Origin: an uncultured Planctomycetales bacterium
Lineage (GTDB): Bacteria > Omnitrophota > Gorgyraeia > Zapsychrales > Fredricksoniimonadaceae
Reading direction: 5' to 3'
Assembly (NCBI GenBank): GCA_964487685.1
Contig: CAZASA010000002.1
Location: 3,611-67,610 of the forward strand
Length of the DNA: 64,000 nt
Both the position numbers and the translations under genes were made by a program. The notes under the pieces were generated by a model. It saw only the letters and a list, made by a program, of their open reading frames with translations. It searched no databases and had not been told where the DNA came from. Below, one piece after another: positions 7,636-17,962 of the stretch (position 1 is the stretch's first letter; every line of letters starts with the position of its first letter).

Positions 7636-8925
7636 ATGAATATCTTAGTTATAGGTTCCGGCGGGCGGGAACATGCGCTGTGCTGGAAGATCAAACAATC
7701 CCCCAAGGTCAAAAAGCTTTATTGCGCGCCGGGCAACGGCGGCATTGCCCAGATCGCCGAATGTGTCGACATTAACGTGGAAGATGTTAATTTGCTTTTG
7801 CAATTTGCCTTACGCAAGCAAATTGACCTGACCATTGTTGGCCCTGAACTGCCCTTGGTCGCTGGCATCGTGGATGCCTTTGTGCAAAAAGGACTAAAGA
7901 TTTTCGGGCCCTCTAAAGCCGCAGCTGAACTTGAAGGCAGCAAGGTCTTTGCCAAGGAATTTATGCAGCGCCGTAATATCCCAACGGCCGCCTACAAGGT
8001 ATTTGATGAGGCCGCTCTTGCACTATCATTTTTGCAGGATGCCCAATTCCCGCTGGTTTTAAAAGCAGACGGGATCGCCGCCGGCAAAGGGGTCCATGTT
8101 TGTGCTGACCTTAAAAGTGCCACCACCGCCATTGATGAGATCATGGTCCAAAAGATTTTCGGCAATGCCGGCAACAAGATCGTCGTTGAAGAATGCCTGC
8201 AGGGCCCTGAAGTTTCGATCCTGGCTATTTCTGACGGCAAACATTTCATTGTCCTGCCCGCGTCCCAGGACCATAAACGAATTTTTGATGATGATATGGG
8301 TCCTAACACCGGAGGCATGGGGGCATTTTCACCAAGCCCTCTGATCAAGGTTGAAGTGCTGGACCAGATCATCAGCCGCGTCATTGAGCCCGCCATCCGC
8401 GGCATGTATCAGGAAGGCAATCCATTTAAAGGAGTTCTTTTTGCAGGGCTGATGTTGACCCCTGACGGCCCCAAGGCATTGGAATTCAATGTGCGTTTCG
8501 GCGATCCTGAAACCCAAAGTATTTTGCCCCGTCTCGAATCTGATTTGGTTGAGATCTTCCTGGCGGCTTGCGACGGACGGCTACAGGAGATCAAGGTCAA
8601 ATGGGATGAGCAGGCCTGTGTCTGTGTAGTGATCGCCTCCGGCGGATATCCGGGCAAATATGAAAAAGGATTTGCTGTCAAGGGCCTGGAGGCCATCAAG
8701 GACCGTGAAACTTTTGTGTTCCATGCCGGAACCAAGAATGACGGCGGTGTTCTGGTCACTAATGGCGGCAGGGTCTTTGGCGTGGCTGCGCTCGGCAGAA
8801 ACCTTGAAGCAGCATCTACAAAAGCGTATAATGCCGTGAATGCTATTGATTTTGACCATATGTTTTTTAGAAGGGACATCGCAAGTTCAGTCCTGAAAGA
8901 CAAGGCTGCTTATGGGCGCCACTAA
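7636..8925 (+). CDS. purD: Phosphoribosylamine-glycine ligase
   Basis: ILVIGSGGREHAL, APGNGG, QDHKR, GPNTGGMG, EFNVRFGDPE. Confidence 0.96.
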   Translation: MNILVIGSGGREHALCWKIKQSPKVKKLYCAPGNGGIAQIAECVDINVEDVNLLLQFALRKQIDLTIVGPELPLVAGIVDAFVQKGLKIFGPSKAAAELEGSKVFAKEFMQRRNIPTAAYKVFDEAALALSFLQDAQFPLVLKADGIAAGKGVHVCADLKSATTAIDEIMVQKIFGNAGNKIVVEECLQGPEVSILAISDGKHFIVLPASQDHKRIFDDDMGPNTGGMGAFSPSPLIKVEVLDQIISRVIEPAIRGMYQEGNPFKGVLFAGLMLTPDGPKALEFNVRFGDPETQSILPRLESDLVEIFLAACDGRLQEIKVKWDEQACVCVVIASGGYPGKYEKGFAVKGLEAIKDRETFVFHAGTKNDGGVLVTNGGRVFGVAALGRNLEAASTKAYNAVNAIDFDHMFFRRDIASSVLKDKAAYGRH

Positions 8926-9979
8926 AGTTTTTAAAGTCAATTCTGCTCTTCCGGAACCGGAAAAAATCGCCGAGGCTGCCCGTGTCATACGTCAGGGCGG
9001 ATTGGTGATATTCCCGACGGAGACCGTTTATGGTATCGCGGCGGATTCCAATAATCCGCGCGCCATGGACCGTCTGCGTGAGGTCAAGCGCCGTACGGAC
9101 GGGAAATTATTTTCCGTTTTAGTGGCCCAGCGGGGGATCATTGAGAATTATTCGACCTATACTCATCCGAATTTGTATAAATTGATCGATAAGTATTGGC
9201 CGGGTCCATTGACCGTAATCGTGCCCGCACGGCATGAAGGGGAGACGATAGGGATACGCATGCCGGACCATACGGTGGCCTTGCGTTTGGTGGAAGAAAG
9301 CGGCTGTACGATAGCAGCTCCTTCGGCAAACCTTGAAGGCAAAAAGCCGCCGACAAATTGCACCGAGGCCCTGGAAGATCTTGATGGTTTAGTTGACCTG
9401 GCGTTAGACGGTGGTCCGGTTGATTTTGGGATCTCATCGACGATCGTAGATTTTACCATGACACACCCCACGGTCACGCGCGAGGGTGTCATCAGCCAGT
9501 CGGACGTGGACCGTACCATCAACAAAAAATGTGTCCTGTTCGTGTGCACCGGCAATAGCTGCCGGTCGGTCATGGCGGAGTATATGCTTAAAGCCAAATT
9601 GATCGCCCGTGAAGATGTGGAAGTCCATTCGGCGGGGACCAGTGTCTTTTTTAAATCCGCCGCGAGCCAGGAGACGATCGCGGTGTTACGGGAACGCGGG
9701 ATCAATGCCATTGCGCATATATCAAGGCCGTTGGGCAGTATTATGCTTAAGAAATCAGATCTTATTTTTGCCATGACGCGCGCGCACCGGGCCCAGATCC
9801 TGGAACGTGTCCCGTCGGTTGAAAAACGGGTATATCTCCTAAAGGAATTTGGTAATAGCCAACGGGGGCTTGAGGCCGATCTGGATGTTCCTGACCCCAT
9901 CGGCCAGCCGCATGCAGCCTACCAGGAATGTTTATTAACCATCGAAGAGGCGATCGAAAAGATAGAAGGGTTGCTTTAA
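8912..9979 (+). CDS. tsaC: Threonylcarbamoyl-AMP synthase (Sua5/TsaC) fused to a low-molecular-weight protein phosphatase domain
   Basis: FPTETVYGI, WPGPLT, GIRMP, APSAN, then VCTGNSCRS and DVPDPIG. Confidence 0.9.
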   Translation: MGATKVFKVNSALPEPEKIAEAARVIRQGGLVIFPTETVYGIAADSNNPRAMDRLREVKRRTDGKLFSVLVAQRGIIENYSTYTHPNLYKLIDKYWPGPLTVIVPARHEGETIGIRMPDHTVALRLVEESGCTIAAPSANLEGKKPPTNCTEALEDLDGLVDLALDGGPVDFGISSTIVDFTMTHPTVTREGVISQSDVDRTINKKCVLFVCTGNSCRSVMAEYMLKAKLIAREDVEVHSAGTSVFFKSAASQETIAVLRERGINAIAHISRPLGSIMLKKSDLIFAMTRAHRAQILERVPSVEKRVYLLKEFGNSQRGLEADLDVPDPIGQPHAAYQECLLTIEEAIEKIEGLL

Positions 9980-10431
9980 TGAAAATATTTGTCGGCGCTG
10001 ACCATCGCGGCTTTCAGCTGAAGAAAAAAGTTGTTGAGATGCTTAAAAAGCTCGGACATGAAGTGATGGATGCAGGAACGTATGTTGAGGGTGTTGACTG
10101 TGATTATCCTGAAATTTCTTATAAGGTGTGTAGTCAAATAATTGATGAACCCGGCAGCCGGGGCATTCTTTTGTGCATGACAGGTATAGGCCACTCCATC
10201 GCAGCCAATAAAGTCCCGGGAGTTTATGCGGCGCTCGTCTATAACAAAGAAGCTGCAGCTTTTTCCAGACAGCATAATGACAGTAATGTGCTGGTATTGG
10301 GCACTAAATTTACGGATGAAGCCACGATGATGGCAATCATCAAGATATGGTTATCCACTGATTTTGAAGGCGGACGGCATTTGCGCCGCAAAGAGCAGAT
10401 CCAAAAAATAGAAAGCGAGTTTTCTAAATGA
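9979..10431 (+). CDS. rpiB: Ribose-5-phosphate isomerase B
   Basis: GADHRG, DYP, CMTGIG, ANKVPG, SRQHND, FEGGRH; ATG overlaps the upstream stop. Confidence 0.93.
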   Translation: MKIFVGADHRGFQLKKKVVEMLKKLGHEVMDAGTYVEGVDCDYPEISYKVCSQIIDEPGSRGILLCMTGIGHSIAANKVPGVYAALVYNKEAAAFSRQHNDSNVLVLGTKFTDEATMMAIIKIWLSTDFEGGRHLRRKEQIQKIESEFSK

Positions 10432-11672
10432 AGCAATTGCAAAAAACTGATCCCGAGATATTCAAAGCCATTCAGCGTGAGCTGAAACGCCAGCAGAATA
10501 ATCTTGAATTGATCGCCTCAGAAAATATCGTCTCTCCCGCGGTTCTGGAAGCGGCAGGCTCTGTCTTGACCAATAAATATGCAGAAGGATATCCGGGTGC
10601 CCGCTGGTATAACGGCTGTGAATTTGTCGACGAGGCTGAAAACCTGGCCATCAACCGCGCCAAGCAGATCTTTGGCGGGGACCATATTAATGTGCAGGCG
10701 CATTCCGGGTCACAGGCCAATACCGCCGTGTACATGGCTGTTCTTACACCTGGTGACACCGTGATGGGGCTGGATTTGGCTTGCGGCGGGCATTTGACCC
10801 ATGGCCTGAAGTTTAACATTTCCGGGCGCCTGTATCATTTTGTCTCGTATAAGGTCGATGCCAAAACCGAGCTTATCGATATGGATGAAGTCGAGCGTCT
10901 GGCTTTGGAACACAAACCTAAAATGATCGTGGCCGGATATTCAGCGTATTCAAGGGTCCTGGATTTTAAACGTTTTCGTGCCATCGCGGACAAGATCGGT
11001 GCGTATTTATTCGTAGACATGGCCCATTTCGCGGGCCTTGTCGCGGCAGGATTGCATCCTAACCCTGTGCCTCATGCCCATTTTGTGACAACGACAACCC
11101 ATAAGACCCTTCGGGGCCCGCGCGGCGGGATGATCATCTGCAAGGCGGAATTTGCCAAGAAGATCGACAGCGCTATTTTTCCAGGCATTCAAGGTGGACC
11201 TCTGATGCACATCATCGCGGCCAAGGCCGTGGCTTTTAAAGAAGCCTTGTCGCCGGAATTCAAGCAGTATCAGCAACAGATCATTGCCAATGCCCAGGCT
11301 TTTGCCAAGGCCATGAGCGAAAGAGGATTTCGCATTGTTACCGGAGGCACGGACAATCATTTGTTCATGGTGGACCTGCGTCCCAAAAAGATCACCGGCA
11401 AAGAAGCGGCCACATTACTTGACCGTGTGCAGATTACCGTCAACAAGAACCTGATCCCCTTTGACACGGAATCTCCGACGGTTGCCAGCGGAATTCGTGT
11501 GGGCACTCCGGCTGTCACCACCCGCGGCATGAAGGAAGCCCAGATGCTCACCATCGCGGCATTGATCGACCGTTGCGTGCTTAATCGGGACAAGGAAACG
11601 GAATTAGAAAAAGTACGCCACGAAGTCGAGCGATTGGCCCAATCATTCCCTATTTATGTAGATAAGGATTAA
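10428..11672 (+). CDS. glyA: Serine hydroxymethyltransferase
   Basis: [35 protein letters not shown]. Confidence 0.97.
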   Translation: MKQLQKTDPEIFKAIQRELKRQQNNLELIASENIVSPAVLEAAGSVLTNKYAEGYPGARWYNGCEFVDEAENLAINRAKQIFGGDHINVQAHSGSQANTAVYMAVLTPGDTVMGLDLACGGHLTHGLKFNISGRLYHFVSYKVDAKTELIDMDEVERLALEHKPKMIVAGYSAYSRVLDFKRFRAIADKIGAYLFVDMAHFAGLVAAGLHPNPVPHAHFVTTTTHKTLRGPRGGMIICKAEFAKKIDSAIFPGIQGGPLMHIIAAKAVAFKEALSPEFKQYQQQIIANAQAFAKAMSERGFRIVTGGTDNHLFMVDLRPKKITGKEAATLLDRVQITVNKNLIPFDTESPTVASGIRVGTPAVTTRGMKEAQMLTIAALIDRCVLNRDKETELEKVRHEVERLAQSFPIYVDKD

Positions 11673-11683
11673 AGGTAACAATT

Positions 11684-12172
11684 ATGCGTTGTCCGTCCTG
11701 CGGATATAAAGGTACCAATGTGATGGACTCACGCTTAAACAGCGATGGTACGTCCATCCGCCGTCGGCGCAAATGCACCAAGTGCGAGGAACGTTTCACG
11801 ACCTATGAGTATATCGAAGAAGTGCCCCTGATGGTCGTCAAGCGCGACGGCCGCCGCCAGGCTTTTGACCGCACACGAGTGCTTAACGGATTGATCAAGG
11901 CCTGTGAAAAGAGACCGATCAGCGTTGAGAAGATCGAAGCCATGGTGGATGATATCGAGCATACCATCCGCAAGAAATATGACCGTGAGATCTATTCCAA
12001 GGATATCGGCGAGATGATCATGACCCGTTTGTCGACGCTGGATGAAGTGGCCTATGTGCGTTTTGCCTCGGTCTACCGTCAGTTCCGTGATGTTAACCAG
12101 TTCATGGATGAGCTAAAATTGATCCTGTCCAAGAACAAGATCAAAAAAATAAAGAAAAGGAAACTTAAATAA
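11684..12172 (+). CDS. nrdR: Transcriptional repressor NrdR
   Basis: MRCPSC...DSR...IRRRRKC..C..RFTTYE, ATP-cone, VAYVRFASVYR. Confidence 0.97.
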   Translation: MRCPSCGYKGTNVMDSRLNSDGTSIRRRRKCTKCEERFTTYEYIEEVPLMVVKRDGRRQAFDRTRVLNGLIKACEKRPISVEKIEAMVDDIEHTIRKKYDREIYSKDIGEMIMTRLSTLDEVAYVRFASVYRQFRDVNQFMDELKLILSKNKIKKIKKRKLK

Positions 12173-12173
12173 T

Positions 12174-12578
12174 ATGATCCAGGTTGAATTATCCAGAATC
12201 ATCATTGATGAAAAGCGCCAGGACCAGGTGATCGTGCTTAAAGAAAAAGACGGTGAACGCCAGATCCCTATCGTCATCGGATTTATGGAAGCATCTTCCA
12301 TCAAGATCAAGATCTCCGGGGTTGATGTGCCGCGTCCGATGACGCATGATCTTTTAGTCACGATGGTGCAGGCTCTAGGGGCAAAGCTCGAGAGGGTCGT
12401 GATCGACAAGCTTGTCAACAATACCTTCCATGCCAAATTGGAGATCAAGTCCAAAGAGGGGCAGATCATCATGGTGGATTCTCGTCCCTCCGACAGCATT
12501 GCCCTGGCGGTTCGTTTCAAAGCGCCGATCTTCGTGGTCGATGAAGTCCTGCAAAAATCATCAATGTCCCAACCCTAG
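12174..12578 (+). CDS. Bifunctional nuclease family (DUF151) protein
   Basis: IPIVIGFMEA, PRPMTHDL, DSRPSDSIALA. Confidence 0.9.
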   Translation: MIQVELSRIIIDEKRQDQVIVLKEKDGERQIPIVIGFMEASSIKIKISGVDVPRPMTHDLLVTMVQALGAKLERVVIDKLVNNTFHAKLEIKSKEGQIIMVDSRPSDSIALAVRFKAPIFVVDEVLQKSSMSQP

Positions 12579-12594
12579 CGGCAAAAATCTTACG

Positions 12595-14049
12595 ATGACC
12601 AAAGAATGGTGCCTGTTGACTTTATTGGAAGATTACCCTCATTTGTCGTTGGTGCGTGATGCCCTTAAGGACAGCCGCAAGCGCGTGTTCCTGGTGGGCG
12701 GGGCCTTGCGTGATCATTATCTCGATCGCAAAGGCAATGATTTTGATTTTGCCGTTGATCGTGGCGCCGTCGCCCTGACGCGTAAACTTGCCCGCCGGAT
12801 CAAAGGAACCTTTGTATTGTTGGACCATGAGCATGGCAGCGCACGGGTCGTTAAAAAACTGGACGGGAAGATCGTGACCTTTGACTTTACCGATTGGCGT
12901 GGGGCCACTATCCAGAAAGACCTGTTATTAAGGGATTTTACGGTTAATACCTTGGCCATGGATATCCTGTCCAAGAACATGGATGAGGGGGCCATTCTCG
13001 AGGTCAAAGGTGCCCGACGGGATTTAGCGGCAGGGGTGGTGCGCATGGTAAGCCCGAAGGTATTTAAGGACGATCCGTTGAGGCTCTTACGTGCTTTTAG
13101 TTTGCATGCCGTGCTAGGTTTCAAGATCGACGCCGTGACCCTGGCCCAGATCAAGAAAGACGCGCATTTGATATCTTCAGTTGCCGCGGAAAGGATCCGT
13201 GAGGAGATCTTTAGGGTCTTGGCATCGGGCCGCGCCTATGAGACGGTCTGTCACATGGATAAGATCGGGCTATTGCGCCAGGTCATCCCGCAGGTCACGG
13301 TCATGGAAGGAGTGCATCAGGGTGGGTATCATCATTTGGATGTATGGCAACATACCTTGCAAGTCCTTTTTAATACTGAAAAGATCAGTAAAGAAAAATG
13401 CGTTGATGAGCGTATTAAAAATTATTTGGAAGAGCTTATCGGTGGTGGGCATTCGCGCCTGGCGTTATTAAAAATGGCGGCCATCTTGCATGACATTGGA
13501 AAACCGGAAACCCGTCGCAAAGAAGGCGCACGCATGACTTTTCATACGCATGAACACGCCGGGGAAAGGATCACCAGGCAGGTCGCCAAGCATCTAAAGC
13601 TTTCCGTTAAAGAACGCTTTTTTCTGGAGGACGCGGTGCGTATGCATTTAAGGCCGGGATATCTGTCGAATTTTAAAGTCCCCAGCCCCAAGGCCATATT
13701 CCGGTATTTGAGGGACACCAAGGACGAGGCAGCAAGTCTTGCGATTTTGGCCTTGGCAGACCAGGCGTCCACCCGCGGGCCTTTGACGAGCGAAGCCAAA
13801 CACAAGCATCATGCCAAGATCTGTCACATGCTCATCGAGCGATATTTTAGCGTAAAAGATCAAAAACCTAAAGAGCGTCTGTTAACAGGTTATGATCTCA
13901 TCAAGGTCTTGAAATTAAAACCTTCAAAACTATTTGGCGAGATCCTTAGAGAAGTAGAAGAAGCCGTGGCGTTGGGTAAAATAAAGACCAAAAAGGAGGC
14001 TTTGGCCCTTGCGATTGCACAAACTGCCAGACACCGTCCTAAGCATTAA
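12595..14049 (+). CDS. Class II tRNA nucleotidyltransferase with HD domain (probably CC-adding)
   Basis: LVGGALRD...DFDF, RDFTVN, DDPLRLLR, HHLDVWQHT, LHDIGKP; start at 12595 inferred. Confidence 0.85.
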   Translation: MTKEWCLLTLLEDYPHLSLVRDALKDSRKRVFLVGGALRDHYLDRKGNDFDFAVDRGAVALTRKLARRIKGTFVLLDHEHGSARVVKKLDGKIVTFDFTDWRGATIQKDLLLRDFTVNTLAMDILSKNMDEGAILEVKGARRDLAAGVVRMVSPKVFKDDPLRLLRAFSLHAVLGFKIDAVTLAQIKKDAHLISSVAAERIREEIFRVLASGRAYETVCHMDKIGLLRQVIPQVTVMEGVHQGGYHHLDVWQHTLQVLFNTEKISKEKCVDERIKNYLEELIGGGHSRLALLKMAAILHDIGKPETRRKEGARMTFHTHEHAGERITRQVAKHLKLSVKERFFLEDAVRMHLRPGYLSNFKVPSPKAIFRYLRDTKDEAASLAILALADQASTRGPLTSEAKHKHHAKICHMLIERYFSVKDQKPKERLLTGYDLIKVLKLKPSKLFGEILREVEEAVALGKIKTKKEALALAIAQTARHRPKH

Positions 14050-14641
14050 GGGGAATGCCGCCGGGTTCCTCAATGGGATCACTTCGAATACCCTGGATGC
14101 TCCCCGCAATGCGTTTTTAAACCAGCATGGGCGGATCATCGCAACGATCCGCCAACAGAAGATCAGCGATGAAGAATTCTTGATCAGCGTGCCATCTTTT
14201 GCGGTGGAAGGACTTCTCAAGCATCTGGAGCGGTATGTTAAACTGAGCCATGTGCGCATTGATCCGGCCACTGAGAGCATTTATGTGGATATGGACAGTG
14301 CACAATGGGTTTGGACATCAGAGCAAGCAAGCAGCAGCGTTAGCGACGATGAATTTACCCTTTTTAGGCTGGGGGAAAATCTGCCATTGATGGGTATTGA
14401 TTATATGGCTGATGAATTTATCCTGAATGTGCATGAAAATGATTATGTCTCCTATACCAAAGGCTGTTTTTTAGGCCAGGAACCGGTGGCCAAGGTCCAT
14501 AACCGCTCCAAACCAACCCGGCGTTTGATCGTCGCCTTTGAAGATCAATGCCTTCCAGAGCATGCCGCTAAAATGACTTCAAAAATAGCAGATCCCGTCA
14601 GCGGCCGCCGTAAAGGTTTTGTATTTGTGAGCAATAAATGA
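14009..14641 (+). CDS. YgfZ/GcvT-like folate-binding protein
   Basis: SYTKGCFLGQE signature; FLNGITSN. Confidence 0.85.
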   Translation: MRLHKLPDTVLSIKGNAAGFLNGITSNTLDAPRNAFLNQHGRIIATIRQQKISDEEFLISVPSFAVEGLLKHLERYVKLSHVRIDPATESIYVDMDSAQWVWTSEQASSSVSDDEFTLFRLGENLPLMGIDYMADEFILNVHENDYVSYTKGCFLGQEPVAKVHNRSKPTRRLIVAFEDQCLPEHAAKMTSKIADPVSGRRKGFVFVSNK

Positions 14642-14664
14642 CACGGAGATTTATTTCCCCATAC

Positions 14665-14693
14665 TTGCCCCATCGGTAAATACCCGTTATAAT
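14665..14693 (+). promoter_or_regulatory. Sigma70-type promoter, probably leaderless
   Basis: TTGCCC-17 bp-TATAAT, ATG 7 nt after the -10. Confidence 0.6.
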
Positions 14694-14700
14694 TAATTGT

Positions 14701-15591
14701 ATGAATCCTTGTAAATACTTTATTATGCTGCCATTATTGTGGTGGGCCGTAAGCGTCAGGGCCCAAGAGCCACAAGAAATGGCCATGCCGGAGCAATGGC
14801 AATTGACCTTGGATATGATCAAGTCTAAAACACAGGATTTGATGATCGAAAATAATGGCCTGCAGGTACAATACCGGCAGTTATACGGAGAGCTAGAGAA
14901 ATTGCAGCGAGAGGTCTTTGACTGGCAAAGTAAGAATGAGCTGATGGCACTCTCGTTAAAACAAAGGCATGGACGGACAGACCAGCAGATGAGGATCGAT
15001 GATCTTCAAGGGCAGATCAGGATAAAAAAAGAACGGCTTGGTGCGCTCAAAGTCCGGAAAAATACAGCGCCGGACATGTCAGGGAACAATGACCTGACCC
15101 AATGGCGGCAACAGCTTGAAGATGAAAGTAAACAGGAAGTAGTCCTGGAAAATGAATTAAAAGACCTTCAAGCCGGCAATAACACGCAAAATTTGAAGGA
15201 AGAAGATATCATCGCCCAGAATAAAATACTTGAAGCCCGTCTGGAGCTTTTGCGTGCCGGCCAAATAAGCCCGGGCAGCAATTATCCGGAGGCACAGGCA
15301 GATTATCATGTCCGAATGGTCGATCAGCTTAAAGGCCGCAAGGAAGAGCTTGAGGCCAAGATCAGTGCCTATGAATCACGCATGGAGCAATTAAAGGAAT
15401 CGTCCTTGCTGTCCCTGTCGTGGACGCAAAAGAGAAAAAGGCTCATCCATGAGATGGTCGTGACAGATGCCCGTAATAATCAGATGCGGGAGAAGATCAA
15501 GGTATTGCATGAGGACATTGATGTTTTAAATCAACAGATAGCCATGTTGGAGCACCGTTTGAATTTTGTTAAAGTACCAGCCGCCAAGTGA
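14701..15591 (+). CDS. Secreted coiled-coil hypothetical protein
   Basis: Signal-peptide-like N-terminus (VRA-QE), heptad-rich Q/E/L/K sequence. Confidence 0.7.
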   Translation: MNPCKYFIMLPLLWWAVSVRAQEPQEMAMPEQWQLTLDMIKSKTQDLMIENNGLQVQYRQLYGELEKLQREVFDWQSKNELMALSLKQRHGRTDQQMRIDDLQGQIRIKKERLGALKVRKNTAPDMSGNNDLTQWRQQLEDESKQEVVLENELKDLQAGNNTQNLKEEDIIAQNKILEARLELLRAGQISPGSNYPEAQADYHVRMVDQLKGRKEELEAKISAYESRMEQLKESSLLSLSWTQKRKRLIHEMVVTDARNNQMREKIKVLHEDIDVLNQQIAMLEHRLNFVKVPAAK

Positions 15592-15938
15592 CAAGGAGAA
15601 TGATTATGACTAAAGTTAAGCCGAATGCGACGATGGTGCGCGCCATGATCGAAGTGTCGATAACACCCCAAAAGGACGTGGGTTTTGACAACATTGCCGA
15701 GAGGATATACAGTTACCCGGAGGTCAAAAGCTGTTATCTGCTTTCCGGCGGTTTTGACCTTTTGGTCATCGTCGAGGGTGATACGATCCAGACCGTGGCG
15801 GATTTCGTCGCGGCGAAATTGTCATCCATGGCCAATGTACGCCAGACAGCCACGCATTTTTTACTGCGCAAGTACAAAGAAGAAGGACAGATCTTTAAAC
15901 ATCCCAAAAATGAACGCAGACAAAACATTTCATATTGA
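15588..15938 (+). CDS. Lrp/AsnC ligand-binding-domain protein (no HTH)
   Basis: AMIEVSITP..GFDNIAERI...EV.SCYLLSGGFDL...TATHFLL; exact start uncertain. Confidence 0.8.
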   Translation: MTRRMIMTKVKPNATMVRAMIEVSITPQKDVGFDNIAERIYSYPEVKSCYLLSGGFDLLVIVEGDTIQTVADFVAAKLSSMANVRQTATHFLLRKYKEEGQIFKHPKNERRQNISY

Positions 15939-15952
15939 AGGAATTTATTTCA

Positions 15953-17104
15953 ATGAGGATATCTAAACGTGTTGACAAAGTAGCGCCCTCAGGTATCAGG
16001 GCATTTTTTGACCTTGTGTTGGGCATGAAGGACGTCATCTCTCTTGGTGTTGGAGAGCCGGATTTCGTCACTCCCTGGCATGTGCGCGCCCGCGCCATTG
16101 AATCCCTGGAGCAAGGGTACACTTCTTATACATCCAATAAGGGCATGATCGAACTTAGGCAGGACATCAGTGCGTTTTTAAAAAAGCGCCATCAGCTTGC
16201 CTATGACCCTGAAGAAGAAGTCTTGATCACTGTCGGTGTCAGCGAGGCATTGGACCTGGCGATGAGGGCTGTCCTTAATCCAGGCGAAAAAATTTTGATC
16301 CCCGAACCCTGCTATGTGGCCTATGGCCCGGTAGTTGAATTAGCAGGCGGTGAGGCAATATTTCTAAAAACAACGGGCCAGACCGGTTTTAAGGTGACTC
16401 CCAAACAAATTGAAGATGCCGTTAAACCGGGTGTGCGCGGTATCCTGCTTGGCTATCCCAGCAATCCGACGGGAAGCTCCTATTCTAAAAAAGAATTGGA
16501 AGAGCTGGCCCGTGTCTTCAAGAAACATGACCTGCTGGTCTTCAGTGATGAACTTTATGATGAATTGACCTACGATTTCGAACATACGCCGATGGCTACC
16601 TTACCGCAGATGCGCAATCGGGTGATCTATTTAAATGGTTTTTCCAAAAGTTATGCCATGACAGGATTTCGTATCGGCTATGCCTGCGGGCCTGAGGACA
16701 TTATCGCAGCCATGACCAAGATCCATCAATATACGATGTTATGTGCGCCTATCACCAGCCAAATGGCGGCCATTGAAGCTTTAAAAAACCCGGTAGCGGA
16801 TGTGTTGGCCATGAAAAAGGAATATGACCGCCGCCGGCGTTTTATTGTCGGGGCCTTGAACGATATCGGGCTCACCTGCCATATGCCTCAAGGGGCTTTT
16901 TACGCTTTCCCGTCGATAAAGGTATCGGGCGAGAATGCGATGGATTTTGCCAGGAATTTATTGTTAAAGCAGAAAGTGGCCCTGGTGCCGGGCGATGCCT
17001 TCGGCCAGAGCTGCAGCGATCATGTGCGCATTTCCTATGCGTCAAGCTATGATAATTTAAAGGAAGCTGTTGCCCGCATTGAAAAATATTTGAAGAAAAA
17101 ATAG
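15953..17104 (+). CDS. Aminotransferase class I/II (PLP-dependent)
   Basis: SLGVGEPDF, YPSNPTG, SDELY, GFSKSYAMTGFRIG. Confidence 0.93.
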   Translation: MRISKRVDKVAPSGIRAFFDLVLGMKDVISLGVGEPDFVTPWHVRARAIESLEQGYTSYTSNKGMIELRQDISAFLKKRHQLAYDPEEEVLITVGVSEALDLAMRAVLNPGEKILIPEPCYVAYGPVVELAGGEAIFLKTTGQTGFKVTPKQIEDAVKPGVRGILLGYPSNPTGSSYSKKELEELARVFKKHDLLVFSDELYDELTYDFEHTPMATLPQMRNRVIYLNGFSKSYAMTGFRIGYACGPEDIIAAMTKIHQYTMLCAPITSQMAAIEALKNPVADVLAMKKEYDRRRRFIVGALNDIGLTCHMPQGAFYAFPSIKVSGENAMDFARNLLLKQKVALVPGDAFGQSCSDHVRISYASSYDNLKEAVARIEKYLKKK

Positions 17105-17126
17105 AAGTTTAAGGAAAGGACCACGC

Positions 17127-17540
17127 ATGCGTAAAGAGCACGCGCCAAAGATCTCACGGAAAAAAGAGGATGTCGATTTCGAGATTGCTTTTTATGAGAA
17201 TATCCTTAAGGAAACGCCTAATTTTATAGAAGCCTTGAGCGCTATCGGAGATTTGTATACACGGGCAGGCCTTTGGCAAAAGGGTTTGGAAGTAGATCTT
17301 AAACTTTCCCATCTAAGGCCTGAGGACGCGATCGTTTTTTATAATCTGGCCTGTTCCTATGCTTTGCTTAACCAAACCCGTGCCGCCCTGGGTGCTTTGA
17401 CTAAGGCCATTGATCTTGGCTACGATGATTTTGAACATTTAAAGGGCGATACCGACCTGGACAATCTTCTTAAGGACGAGCATTTTCAGCAGTATATCAA
17501 ACAGTTGGAAAAAAAGAAGAAGACCTCCAAACAGCATTGA
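17127..17540 (+). CDS. TPR-repeat protein
   Basis: [11 protein letters not shown]...AL..AIDLGY.D.....D.DL. Confidence 0.8.
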   Translation: MRKEHAPKISRKKEDVDFEIAFYENILKETPNFIEALSAIGDLYTRAGLWQKGLEVDLKLSHLRPEDAIVFYNLACSYALLNQTRAALGALTKAIDLGYDDFEHLKGDTDLDNLLKDEHFQQYIKQLEKKKKTSKQH

Positions 17541-17541
17541 G

Positions 17542-17961
17542 ATGAAAAATTTTCGCCAAGAATTATGGTTCCATACCAAGACCCGCCGGGCGTATATCAA
17601 TATCACCGACAAGGTGCAGTCGGCCATCGACCAAAGCGGCATCCAGGAAGGATTATGTCTGGTCAATGCCATGCACATCTCGGCCAGTGTTTATATCAAC
17701 GACGATGAAAGCGGGCTGCTGCATGATTATGATGCGTGGCTGGAGAAATTGGCCCCCCATGAGCCGGTTTCCCAGTACAGGCATAATGATACCGGGGAAG
17801 ACAATGCTGACGCGCATATCAAACGCCAGCTGATGGGCAGGGACGTGGTCGTGGCCGTGACCCGCGGCAAATTGGATTTTGGTCCCTGGGAACAGATCTT
17901 TTACGGCGAATTCGACGGACGTCGGGACAAGAGGGTTTTAGTCAAAATTATAGGGGAATAA
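17542..17961 (+). CDS. yjbQ: YjbQ/UPF0047 family protein
   Basis: [37 protein letters not shown]. Confidence 0.9.
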   Translation: MKNFRQELWFHTKTRRAYINITDKVQSAIDQSGIQEGLCLVNAMHISASVYINDDESGLLHDYDAWLEKLAPHEPVSQYRHNDTGEDNADAHIKRQLMGRDVVVAVTRGKLDFGPWEQIFYGEFDGRRDKRVLVKIIGE

Positions 17962-17962
17962 T

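Noticed and set aside
12412-12594. N-terminal extensions in the ORF track (also 2987, 9928, 18885, 36291, 47129, 50527)
   Set aside because: They overlap upstream genes or repeats; downstream starts match family N-termini
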